A stretch of 64,000 nt of DNA from an uncultured Vicinamibacterales bacterium (GCA_964396055.1 CAYNDV010000007.1:521-64520), one strand, 5' to 3'; shown: positions 19,215 through 26,875, counted from the stretch's first letter. The notes: generated by a model from the letters alone, not told the origin. Numbers and translations are program-made.

Positions 19215-19966
19215 TCGTGATGGACACGTCCTGGCGTTCGTACACGGACCTGGCGTGGCTGTGGCCGATGTGGGGCGCCGCCGACGACGAGTACGCGCAC
19301 TACTGCCGCCACGTCATCGACCTGATTGAGCAACGCGCAGCGCGTCCGGCAGGCACCTTGCTGGACATCGGGTGCGGCGGCGGCAAGAACGTGTTCAACC
19401 TGAAGGGGAGATTCAGCGTCACCGGCGTGGACCTGAGTCCCGCCATGCTCGAGCAGGCACAGACGCTGAACCCCGAGAGCACGTTCGTCCACGGAGACAT
19501 GCGGACGTTCCGGCTTGGCAGGACGTTCGATGCCGTCCTGATGGACGATGCCCTGTCATACATGGCCTGCCTCGAGGACTTCGTTGCGGCGTTTCGCACC
19601 GCGTCTGCCCACCTGGCCTCCGGCGGGGTCCTGGTGGCGACTCCAGACGTGACGACCGAGACGTTCCGGCAGAACAGGACCGTCGCCACGCCGGCGACGC
19701 GCGCGGCCACACGGGACGGACTCGATGTCGTTTTCATCGAGAACACGTATGACCCCGACCCCACGGACGAACAATACGAGACGACGGTCGTCTATCTCAT
19801 CCGCGACCACGGGCGTCTTCGAATCGAGACCGACCATTGGACGATGGGGCTCTTCCCGCTCGACACCTGGCGGCGTGTGCTGGGCGACACCGGTTTCGAG
19901 GTGCACGAGAGCCGTTACCATGCGGGCGAGGATGAGTACACGGTGTTTGCCTGCGTGAAGACCTGA
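19211..19966 (+). CDS. Class I SAM-dependent methyltransferase
   Basis: SAM motif I LLDIGCGGGKNV. 251 aa. The GTG start overlaps the DinB-family stop (GTGA). ATG 19220 is an alternative start. Confidence 0.8.
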   Translation: MIVMDTSWRSYTDLAWLWPMWGAADDEYAHYCRHVIDLIEQRAARPAGTLLDIGCGGGKNVFNLKGRFSVTGVDLSPAMLEQAQTLNPESTFVHGDMRTFRLGRTFDAVLMDDALSYMACLEDFVAAFRTASAHLASGGVLVATPDVTTETFRQNRTVATPATRAATRDGLDVVFIENTYDPDPTDEQYETTVVYLIRDHGRLRIETDHWTMGLFPLDTWRRVLGDTGFEVHESRYHAGEDEYTVFACVKT

Positions 19967-20144
19967 TGAAGGAGGCAGGTGGGCGCCCTGATACACTGGA
20001 CGTCAGGCCCCTGCCTTCATCCCGTTCACGCTCGTGGCCATCGGTGCCATTCCGTACCTGTGGATTCGCCGACAGGCGTTCGGAATCGCGGGGTAGATCA
20101 GAATCAGGCGCGTGCCTGGCTCCGCAGCGTCACGAGGACGTCCC

Positions 20145-20510
20145 ATGGAGTATCACGCCACGAACTTCGAGCAGAAGCTGCAGTTGTTCTCCGAACACTG
20201 GACGCCCAAGGTTATCGCCCAGGCGAACGACCTGCACCTCAAGCTGGCGAAGTTCCAGGGCCGGTTCGTCTGGCACAGCCACCCGGACACCGACGAGGTG
20301 TTCATCGTCATCCAGGGCCGCATGAACATCGAGTTCAGAGACGGATCCGTCGCCCTGAACAGTGGCGAGATGTACGTCGTGCCAAAGGGTGTGGAACACC
20401 GGCCGTGTGCCGCTGAGGCGTGCAGCGTGCTCCTGATCGAGCCAGCCGGCACCATCAACACCGGCGACGCGGGTGGCGAACTGACCGCACCGGCAGACGC
20501 CTGGATATGA
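20145..20510 (+). CDS. Cupin domain protein
   Basis: Cupin motifs are [17 protein letters not shown] and [15 protein letters not shown] trimmed the start to ATG 20145 (MEYHAT). Confidence 0.75.
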   Translation: MEYHATNFEQKLQLFSEHWTPKVIAQANDLHLKLAKFQGRFVWHSHPDTDEVFIVIQGRMNIEFRDGSVALNSGEMYVVPKGVEHRPCAAEACSVLLIEPAGTINTGDAGGELTAPADAWI

Positions 20511-20582
20511 CCTCGGGAGTCTACGTCGAGGAGATTCCGTGCGGCTGGTGGCCGATGACGCGGTCACCGCCTCGGTGGCCAC

Positions 20583-20632
20583 GCCATGTGAGGCAGATCA
20601 GGGCGCTTCAGCGGCTGCTGAGGCTGGCCTGA
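20583..20632 (+). pseudogene. Orphan 3'-end remnant of a DinB-family gene (38-bp direct repeat, copy 2)
   Basis: It encodes ..HVRQIRALQRLL.. plus a stop, identical to the C-terminus of the intact gene at 18696-19214. No upstream DinB-like coding sequence is present. Confidence 0.5.
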
Positions 20633-20664
20633 CTGGGCGTCTGGCGCGGCGTCTGTGCTTCGCC

Positions 20665-20698
20665 GTGAGTTGACTCACACATTGCTGATGTGTAGCAT
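20665..20698 (+). promoter_or_regulatory. Putative sigma-70 promoter with operator palindromes for the vapB-vapC-orfX operon
   Basis: TTGACT (20670-20675), a 17-nt spacer, then TAGCAT (20693-20698). The inverted repeats GTGAGT-TG-ACTCAC (20665-20678) and CACAT-TGCTG-ATGTG (20678-20692) overlap the -35 box and spacer. Confidence 0.5.
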
Positions 20699-20706
20699 GC
20701 ATGTGT

Positions 20707-20907
20707 ATGCCGACCAATCTCGCCATCGACGATCGACTCCTGGATGAGGCCCGCATCGTGGGCGGATACCGCACGAAGCGCGAGACCGTGAATGAGGCGC
20801 TGCGCGAGTTCATCCAGCGACGCCAGCGGCTGGCCCTCGCCGATCTCGCGGGACGGATCGAGTACGACCCGAGATACGACTACAAGCGGGAACGGCGGGC
20901 CCGGTGA
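20707..20907 (+). CDS. vapB: VapB-family antitoxin (DUF2191-like)
   Basis: MPTNLAIDDRLLDEA..RETVNEALREF is the typical N-terminus of this antitoxin family. With the predicted -10 at 20693-20698, the ATG at 20707 would be leaderless or nearly so. The ORF-track ATG 20701 remains possible. Confidence 0.75.
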   Translation: MPTNLAIDDRLLDEARIVGGYRTKRETVNEALREFIQRRQRLALADLAGRIEYDPRYDYKRERRAR

Positions 20908-21323
20908 TTCTGCTCGACACGTCTGTCCTGTCTCGCGTGCTTCGGCGACGGCGCCCGGGGCCGGAGGAGCGTCGCCTGGCAGCCGCGTTCGAGGAACTGA
21001 TGGCCAGTGAGGCCCCCCTTGGCCTCCCCGGAATCGTGCTGCAGGAGGTGCTGAGCGGCGTGCGCTCGCAGGCGCAGTTCGCCGAGTTGTCGGGCAGGCT
21101 GCGTGCCGCGTTTGCGATTCTGCCCGAGGGCGTCCCGGAACACATCGAAGCGGCCCGAGTGAGGAACGTGTGCCTGGCCAAGGGGCTCAACGTGTCAGGA
21201 ATTGACTGTCTGATTGCCGCCTGCGCCATCATCGGCGGACACGAGCTCTTTGCCCTCGATGAGGACTTCGAGGCGATCGCGAAACACACGTCGCTGAAGC
21301 TGTATCACCACGCACAGCAATGA
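20904..21323 (+). CDS. vapC: PIN-domain toxin (VapC family)
   Basis: PIN acidic residues are in LLDTS, LQEV, GIDCLIA and ALDEDF. There is a GTGA overlap with vapB and an ATGA overlap with the next gene. Confidence 0.85.
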   Translation: MILLDTSVLSRVLRRRRPGPEERRLAAAFEELMASEAPLGLPGIVLQEVLSGVRSQAQFAELSGRLRAAFAILPEGVPEHIEAARVRNVCLAKGLNVSGIDCLIAACAIIGGHELFALDEDFEAIAKHTSLKLYHHAQQ

Positions 21324-22438
21324 CCCGCCCGACTGCCTCTCCCGGACGCCCCGCCGGGGCAGGCCATGTTCGCCCGATACATCCCTGGAGCCTCGCCGGG
21401 GCCTCCGACCCGCGCCATGTCGTGCTTGCCCTCGAGCGAAGCGTCTACGACACGAACAGGAAGAACCGCCACACCGCCAGCGAGGTCCTGGACTTCTCTG
21501 ACACCGGTATCCCGGAGCACATCAGGCTCTGCCTGGTCGCCTACGTGCTGCTGGGAAAGCTCCAGCCCTCTCATGCCCAGTCACTCATCCGTGAGTACAC
21601 GGCCTGTGACCGCGCCGCGGCACATCTCACTGCTCCGGCCTCGCTGCGGGACTTCCTGTCGCGACTGGACACCGGGTTGTTACGGGTCTTTGACGATCCC
21701 ATGCAAGGGGTGCTCACCCGCCCGTTTCACCACGGCCTCTTCGGCGACACGTCGTTGGTGGAGGCGCTTGATTTCCTGAACGCGGCGCACCCCCGCGAAT
21801 ACAGCGACATCGTGGCCCTCTATGCCGCGCTGTACACGACGTGCCGCCAGCATGTGCTGGACATGGCCTTCAGCATGGCTCGCAGTACGCCTTCGCTGAC
21901 ACAGGCGGAGATCGACTCCGGAGAGGAGTTCTTCGCCTGGTGGAGGCAGAGGTGGCACAAGGACATCCACATCACGATCTCCGAATCCCGGAACGTGACA
22001 CTGTTCCTGCCGGGCATCCCCGACAAGTCACTCGTGGCGATCACGAAGGTGATTCAGGAGATCTGCGACGACTATGCGAAGCTGGCCCGCCTGCTGGGCC
22101 GCCCTGATGAGGCCGTGGAGGATTTCGTCCGGACGTTCGTGGTGGAACTGAATGAGGGGATGATCAACCTGCCGCTCAATCAGTACGGCGGACCACGCTG
22201 CCCGGCGGCACAGGAACTGGACACGCGCATCAGGAGTTCTGAAGGGTATCCGACGACGGTGCCGCACGTGAAAGAGGTGAGCGTGGCCGGGGTGGTCCTG
22301 GAGGACGTGTTCAAGCGGTTCTTCCCGGTAAGGGAGAGGCACTTCCTTCTGCCCCGCACTCGGGAGACCATTACGGTCTCGCAGCTCGGGAGCTGCCCGT
22401 TTCCCGACTACGGGTTCACGAGTGACAGCCAGAGGTGA
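21320..22438 (+). CDS. Hypothetical protein (orfX), no recognisable domain
   Basis: 372-aa ORF whose ATG overlaps the vapC stop (ATGA). Amino-acid composition looks coding (mixed, Glu/Leu/Phe/Tyr-rich, unlike Arg/Gly/Pro shadow ORFs). Local GC is visibly lower than the window (53-60% in sampled 60-nt lines). The start could lie further downstream. Confidence 0.6.
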   Translation: MTRPTASPGRPAGAGHVRPIHPWSLAGASDPRHVVLALERSVYDTNRKNRHTASEVLDFSDTGIPEHIRLCLVAYVLLGKLQPSHAQSLIREYTACDRAAAHLTAPASLRDFLSRLDTGLLRVFDDPMQGVLTRPFHHGLFGDTSLVEALDFLNAAHPREYSDIVALYAALYTTCRQHVLDMAFSMARSTPSLTQAEIDSGEEFFAWWRQRWHKDIHITISESRNVTLFLPGIPDKSLVAITKVIQEICDDYAKLARLLGRPDEAVEDFVRTFVVELNEGMINLPLNQYGGPRCPAAQELDTRIRSSEGYPTTVPHVKEVSVAGVVLEDVFKRFFPVRERHFLLPRTRETITVSQLGSCPFPDYGFTSDSQR

Positions 22439-22443
22439 GCACG

Positions 22444-22524
22444 ATGGGTGAAGGGACCGAGATTGTGGCGATGGTGGACCGTGAAACGTGGGCCTGCACC
22501 GGGCTCCTGGCGTACGGGATGTAA
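22444..22524 (+). CDS. Tentative 26-codon small ORF (MGEGTEIVAMVDRETWACTGLLAYGM)
   Basis: The ATG lies 8 nt after AGAGG (22431-22435), and the SD region contains the orfX stop codon. The ORF ends 12 nt before a strong stem-loop. Too short for composition tests. Confidence 0.25.
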   Translation: MGEGTEIVAMVDRETWACTGLLAYGM

Positions 22525-22536
22525 CCACCGGTTCCC

Positions 22537-22568
22537 GCGGCGGGCCCTCGGCGGCCCGCCGCTTCTTG
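22537..22568 (+). terminator. Intrinsic terminator closing the island operon
   Basis: GCGGCGGGCC-CTCGGC-GGCCCGCCGC is a perfect 10-bp stem (22537-22546 / 22553-22562), followed by TTCTTG. Confidence 0.6.
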
Positions 22569-22621
22569 CGGAGGACGAATCACCGTGACACACACGTTCG
22601 CACAGACCGGGCGCCGCGACG

Positions 22622-22650
22622 CCCCCGGCAGGGCTGAAGCCCTGCACTAC
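22622..22650 (+). repeat. REP-A hairpin, copy 1 of a tandem pair
   Basis: CCCCCGGCAGGGCTGAAGCCCTGCACTAC, with stem CAGGGC / GCCCTG and loop TGAA. Confidence 0.85.
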
Positions 22651-22660
22651 ATTGGCACCG

Positions 22661-22689
22661 CCCCCGGCAGGGCTGAAGCCCTGCACTAC
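22661..22689 (+). repeat. REP-A hairpin, copy 2 of a tandem pair
   Basis: An identical 29-mer lies 39 nt after copy 1. It ends immediately before the ATG at 22690. Confidence 0.85.
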
Positions 22690-23724
22690 ATGTTGGCGGC
22701 GTGGGGAGTCGCCGTCCTGCTGGCGACGGCGCCGGCGGCGGCGCAGGACACGCATGTCGCCGCGGCGACGACCCAGGTCAGGGCTGCTCCCGGGCCCGCC
22801 GCGCGCGGGCCCCTCGCCCACACCTACTCCATCGTCGCCCGCGACCCGCAGACCGGCGAGATGGGCGTGGCCGTGCAGTCGCACTGGTTCTCGGTAGGAT
22901 CGATCGTGACCTGGGCCGAGGCGGGCGTCGGCGCCATCGCCACGCAGTCGTTCGTCGATCCGTCGTACGGCTACAAGGGCCTCGACCTGCTCAAGCGCGG
23001 GGTCGCGGCCGAGGACGCCCTCAAGCAGCTGGTCGCGGCCGACGCGCAGCGCGACGGCCGCCAGGTGGCGTTTGTCGACGCGAAGGGACGCGTGGCGGCT
23101 CACACGGGCGCCAAGGCCATCCAGGCCGCGGGCCATCGTGTCGGGAACCAGTATTCGGTGCAGGCCAACCTGATGGCCAGCGAGAAGGTCTGGCCGGCCA
23201 TGGCGAAGGCCTACGAGAGCACGGCCGGGCCCCTCGCCGAACGCCTGCTCGCCGCACTCGACGCCGCCCAGGCCGTCGGCGGCGACATCCGCGGCAAGCA
23301 GTCGGCCGCCATCCTCGTCGTGAAGCCGGTCTCGACGGGCCGGCCGTGGGCGGGCGCAGATCGCCTGGTCGATCTCCGGATCGAGGACCACCCCGACCCC
23401 CTCGGCGAATTGCGCCGCCTGCTGCGACTGCAGCGCGCCTACGATCACGCCAACCGCGGCGACGAGCTCTTTGCCACGCAGAAGGTCGAGGAGGCGCTGA
23501 AGGAATACGCGGCCGCGACACGACTCGCACCGGAGATCCTCGAGTTGCCATTCTGGCAGGCAGTGACGATGGCCGCGGCCGGCCGGATGGCGGAGGCCGA
23601 GCCAATCTTCCGCGCGGTATTCGCGAAGGAGCCGTTCTGGGCGGACCTCGTGCCGCGCCTTCCGGCCGCGGGCCTGTTGCCCGACGACAAGGCGCTGATC
23701 GCGCGGATTGTGGGGCTTCGCTAG
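22690..23724 (+). CDS. DUF1028 family (Ntn-hydrolase-like) secreted protein
   Basis: HTYSIVARDPQTGEMGVAVQSHWFSVGS matches the DUF1028 N-terminal core. I trimmed the start to ATG 22690, which gives the signal peptide MLAAWGVAVLLATAPAAAQ. The longer ORF-track start would translate the REP copies. Confidence 0.75.
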   Translation: MLAAWGVAVLLATAPAAAQDTHVAAATTQVRAAPGPAARGPLAHTYSIVARDPQTGEMGVAVQSHWFSVGSIVTWAEAGVGAIATQSFVDPSYGYKGLDLLKRGVAAEDALKQLVAADAQRDGRQVAFVDAKGRVAAHTGAKAIQAAGHRVGNQYSVQANLMASEKVWPAMAKAYESTAGPLAERLLAALDAAQAVGGDIRGKQSAAILVVKPVSTGRPWAGADRLVDLRIEDHPDPLGELRRLLRLQRAYDHANRGDELFATQKVEEALKEYAAATRLAPEILELPFWQAVTMAAAGRMAEAEPIFRAVFAKEPFWADLVPRLPAAGLLPDDKALIARIVGLR

Positions 23725-23755
23725 AGGCTAGAGGCTAGAGGCTAGAGGCTAGAGG
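23721..23755. repeat. Heptanucleotide tandem array (CTAGAGG) x5
   Basis: Five perfect units. The TAG of the first unit (23722-23724) is the stop codon of the DUF1028 gene. Confidence 0.9.
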
Positions 23756-23768
23756 CTGGGAAGAAACG

Positions 23769-23824
23769 ACGGGCGCGGCGAGAGCAGGCCAGGCTGAAGC
23801 CCTGCACTACGTCGCCGCGCCCGT
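23769..23824 (+). terminator. Long hairpin carrying a degenerate REP-A in its loop
   Basis: ACGGGCGCGGCGA (23769-23781) pairs perfectly with TCGCCGCGCCCGT (23812-23824). The loop holds CAGGCCAGGCTGAAGCCCTGCACTAC (23785-23810). TTCGTT follows the stem. Confidence 0.5.
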
Positions 23825-23842
23825 TTCGTTGCCGCGTGCGTA

Positions 23843-23870
23843 TTCTTGCTTCTTGCTTCTTGCTTCTTCG
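23843..23870. repeat. Heptanucleotide tandem array (TTCTTGC) x4
   Basis: TTCTTGC x3 plus TTCTTCG. The same unit recurs at 62865-62892. Confidence 0.85.
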
Positions 23871-23882
23871 TCACCCGCCGCG

Positions 23883-23909
23883 CCCGGCAGGGCTGAAACC
23901 CTGCACTAC
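23883..23909 (+). repeat. REP-A hairpin overlapping a stop codon
   Basis: CCCGGCAGGGCTGAAACCCTGCACTAC. Its CTA (23906-23908) is the TAG stop of the minus-strand BNR gene. Confidence 0.8.
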
Positions 23910-26875
23910 TGGTCCGCTTCGACGACGACCTTCTGCGTGTAGTCCTTGCCGTTGACGGTCAGTTTCACGAGGTACGTACCGGGCTCGACGGCCGGCCCGA
24001 GCGCCTGGCCGCCGCGGCCGCCGCCAGCCGGCTGGTTGGCCGGCCGCACGGGCGTGGCGCCTCGCAGGTTCCACGCGACGCGGTTCAGCCCGGCCTCCTT
24101 CGTGGCCTCGAGCTCGCGAACGACCTTGCCGGTGACGTCCGTGATCGTCAGCTTCACGTCCCCCGCCGGAGCGGCCTTCAGGTAGTAGCTGATGGCCGTG
24201 CCGGGCGCCGGGTTCTCGCCGCGGAAGTGCTTGTTGCCCCCGACGGTGATGCTCTGCGTGATGTCCGTTCGCCACTGGACGCCCGGCCGCGGCGCGAACA
24301 GCGTGACGTCCGCCTTGCGCACCTCGTCGGTCAACTGCTGGAGCGCCGAGATGTCGTCGGCAATCCAGATGCTCCGGCCGTGCGTGCCGATGATCAGGTC
24401 GTTGTCGCGCGGGTGCACCAGGATGTCGTTGATCGGCACCACCGGCAGCCCCGTCATGAACCGCTTCCACTCCTTGCCCGCGTCCAGCGACACGTACAAG
24501 CCGTACTCGTTGCCCACGTAGAGCAGGGTGCGGTTCTTCGGATCCTCCCGCACGACGCTGACGTGGCCCGACGGCAGGTTCGCCGCAATCGAGGCCCACG
24601 TCCTGCCGTAGTCCTTCGTCACGAAGACGTACGGCTTGTGGTCGTTGGTCCGGTGCGCGTCGATCGATACGTACGCCGTGCCGGCGTCGAAGGCGGAAGC
24701 GTGCACGCGCGAGACGTGGGCGCCCGCGGGCGCGCCGGTGATGTTGTCGTACACGTTGGTGAACGTGTCGCCGCCATCGCGGCTCACCTGGAGGTTGCCG
24801 TCGTTGGTGCCGGCCCACACGATGCCCGGCACGACCGGCGACTCGGACACCGTCGTGATGACGCTCGTGGTGCCGACGCCGTCGTGCTTGGACGCCATCG
24901 GGGCGTCCCCGGCGACGCCCATGATCGGCGTGGTGAAGCGGCTCAGGTTCCTCGTCAGATCCGCGGACATCGTCCACGTGTCGCCGCGGTTGAGCGACTT
25001 GAACAGCCGGTTCCCGCCCACCCAGACGATGCGCGGGTTGTGCGGCGAGAGGATCGTGGGCGTGTTCCAGAAGAACCGGAACACCTCGCCCGCCGGCGGC
25101 TCGGGCACCACGTTGGACGCGGTGGCAGGCGCCTGCATGCCGAACTGCGCCGCCATCTGCGCCAGCTGCTGCGGGCTGGGCCCCTGCCCCGCCGCCCGCG
25201 GCGCGCGCGGCCGGATCGAGACGGTCCGCCCGGTGGCGAGATCGAGGCGGTTCACGTTGCCGTCCTGCGACTCGGCGAAGACCACCGTCCAGTCCGTCGG
25301 ATCCTGCTGCGTGTAGAAGCCGTCACCGCCGCCCACCCGGTACCAGTCGGAGTTGAGGAGGCCGACGGTGCTCCGCTTGGCGCTCGGGCCGCACCACGAT
25401 CCGTTGTCCTGCAGGCCGCCACAGACGAAGTACGGCTTCCGCATGTCGGCGCTGATCGCGTAGAACTGCCCGACGGCGTGCGTGTTCACGAAGTCCCACG
25501 TGTCGCCGCCGTCGTAGCTCACGTTGAGCCCGCCGTCGGTGCCGTACATGACGTGCTTCGAGTTCTGCGGATCGACCCAGATGGCGTGGTTGTCGCTGTG
25601 GGCCAGGTTCTGCAGGGTCCGGAAGGTCCGGCCCCCGTCGGTCGACTTGAACGCCGGCGCCCCGCCCAGGTAGACGGTCTCGGGGTCGTTCGGGTCCACG
25701 CGGATCTTGCTGTAGTACATCGGCCGGTCGTTGGTGTTGCTCACCACCCTCCACGTCCGGCCCCCGTCATCCGAGCGCCACACGCCGCTGCGCTTCGGGT
25801 CGGGCGCCGCCGGCGCGGCCGGCTGTCCGGGCTGTCCCGGCTGCCCGGGTCGCGCGGCCCCCGCAGCCGCCTGGCCGCCGCCAAACCCCTGCCCTGGCTG
25901 GACGGGTTTCCCGTCGGCCGTCACGTTGCCGCCCGTGCCGGCGCTCGGGCCGACCTCCACCTGCGCGTAGACCACGTTCGGCCTGGTGCGGCACAGGTCC
26001 ACGCCGATGCGGCCGAGGATGCCGCCGCCGTCGGGAAACCCGTTCCCGACGATCCGGGCCCAGGTCTTCCCGCCGTTCGTCGTCTTCCACAAGCCGCTGC
26101 CCGGGCCGCCGCCGTTGAACCCGTGGGGCGTGCGGCGGCGCTGGTACGACGCGGCAAACAGCACGTCGGGGTTCTTCGGATCCATCGCCACGTCGATGAA
26201 CCCGGTGTCCTCGTTGACGAAGTTGGTGTTGACCCACGTCTTCCCGCCGTCGGTCGTCTTGTAGAGGCCGCGCTCCTTGTTCGGGCCGAACAGGTGCCCG
26301 ACGGCGGCCACGTAGGCGATGTTCGGATTGGTGGGGTGCACGGCGACGCGGCCGATGGACTGCGTCTCGCGCAGGCCCATGTAGACGAATGTCTTGCCCG
26401 CGTCGGTCGTCTTGTACACCCCGTCGCCGAACGACGAACTCTGGCGGTTGTTCGGCTCGCCCGTGCCGACGTAGATGACGTTCGGGTCGGACGGCGCGAT
26501 CGCCATGTCGCCGATCGAGTGGGTCGGATAGGTGTCGAAGATCGGCGTGAACGTCGTACCGTTGTTGACGGTCTTCCAGATGCCGCCGGTCGCGTAGCCG
26601 ACGTAATACGTGGACGGGTTGCCCTCGACCACCGCAATGTCGTCGATGCGGCCGGCCATGTTGGCCGGCCCGATCGAGCGCCACCGGTACGTCCTGAGGT
26701 CGGCGTCGGTCGACGCGTTGATGGGCGGCGGCGCGGGCGGCGGTGCGGGCTGGGCCGCCACCACGGGCGCCGCGGGCGCCGGCGCCGGCGCCTGGGCCGC
26801 GACGCGGCCGGACGCAAACAGGGCCACGCCCGCGGCGAGGCCGGCAAGAACGGTCAGACGCAGGGCTGTCCTCAT
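23906..26875 (-). CDS. Sortilin/VPS10-type BNR (Asp-box) repeat beta-propeller protein, secreted
   Basis: 989 aa with a signal peptide. There are many S/TxDxGxTW Asp-box repeats (TTDAGKTF, TTDGGKTW, TTNGGKTW, SDDGGRTW, STDGGRTF, SYDGGDTW, SRDGGDTF, TKDYGRTW). Confidence 0.85.
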   Translation of the reverse strand: MRTALRLTVLAGLAAGVALFASGRVAAQAPAPAPAAPVVAAQPAPPPAPPPINASTDADLRTYRWRSIGPANMAGRIDDIAVVEGNPSTYYVGYATGGIWKTVNNGTTFTPIFDTYPTHSIGDMAIAPSDPNVIYVGTGEPNNRQSSSFGDGVYKTTDAGKTFVYMGLRETQSIGRVAVHPTNPNIAYVAAVGHLFGPNKERGLYKTTDGGKTWVNTNFVNEDTGFIDVAMDPKNPDVLFAASYQRRRTPHGFNGGGPGSGLWKTTNGGKTWARIVGNGFPDGGGILGRIGVDLCRTRPNVVYAQVEVGPSAGTGGNVTADGKPVQPGQGFGGGQAAAGAARPGQPGQPGQPAAPAAPDPKRSGVWRSDDGGRTWRVVSNTNDRPMYYSKIRVDPNDPETVYLGGAPAFKSTDGGRTFRTLQNLAHSDNHAIWVDPQNSKHVMYGTDGGLNVSYDGGDTWDFVNTHAVGQFYAISADMRKPYFVCGGLQDNGSWCGPSAKRSTVGLLNSDWYRVGGGDGFYTQQDPTDWTVVFAESQDGNVNRLDLATGRTVSIRPRAPRAAGQGPSPQQLAQMAAQFGMQAPATASNVVPEPPAGEVFRFFWNTPTILSPHNPRIVWVGGNRLFKSLNRGDTWTMSADLTRNLSRFTTPIMGVAGDAPMASKHDGVGTTSVITTVSESPVVPGIVWAGTNDGNLQVSRDGGDTFTNVYDNITGAPAGAHVSRVHASAFDAGTAYVSIDAHRTNDHKPYVFVTKDYGRTWASIAANLPSGHVSVVREDPKNRTLLYVGNEYGLYVSLDAGKEWKRFMTGLPVVPINDILVHPRDNDLIIGTHGRSIWIADDISALQQLTDEVRKADVTLFAPRPGVQWRTDITQSITVGGNKHFRGENPAPGTAISYYLKAAPAGDVKLTITDVTGKVVRELEATKEAGLNRVAWNLRGATPVRPANQPAGGGRGGQALGPAVEPGTYLVKLTVNGKDYTQKVVVEADQ

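Noticed and set aside
19965-20020. Imperfect long hairpin after the methyltransferase stop (ATGAAGG..GCAGG / CCTGC..CTTCAT) as a terminator or attC-like site
   Set aside because: The stem is interrupted by a 3-nt bulge, there is no U-tract, and there is no second copy elsewhere in the window. That is insufficient to call a function.
21920-21975. RWHKDIH in orfX as a HEPN Rx4-6H nuclease motif
   Set aside because: It is a single short motif that is expected by chance. No other HEPN-like features are recognisable by eye. The idea is worth testing by HMM or structure search, but it is not claimable here.
16676-22438. Island as an integron cassette array (same-strand small accessory genes plus TA modules)
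   Set aside because: There is no intI integrase. I found no attC-like sites with RYYYAAC / GTTRRRY cores in the spacers. Several genes overlap or are translationally coupled, which is incompatible with discrete cassettes.
22408-23448. 346-aa minus-strand ORF containing VVQGFSPAGGGANVVQGFSPAGG
   Set aside because: The repeated peptide is simply the translated REP-A pair. The remainder is antisense to the DUF1028 gene.
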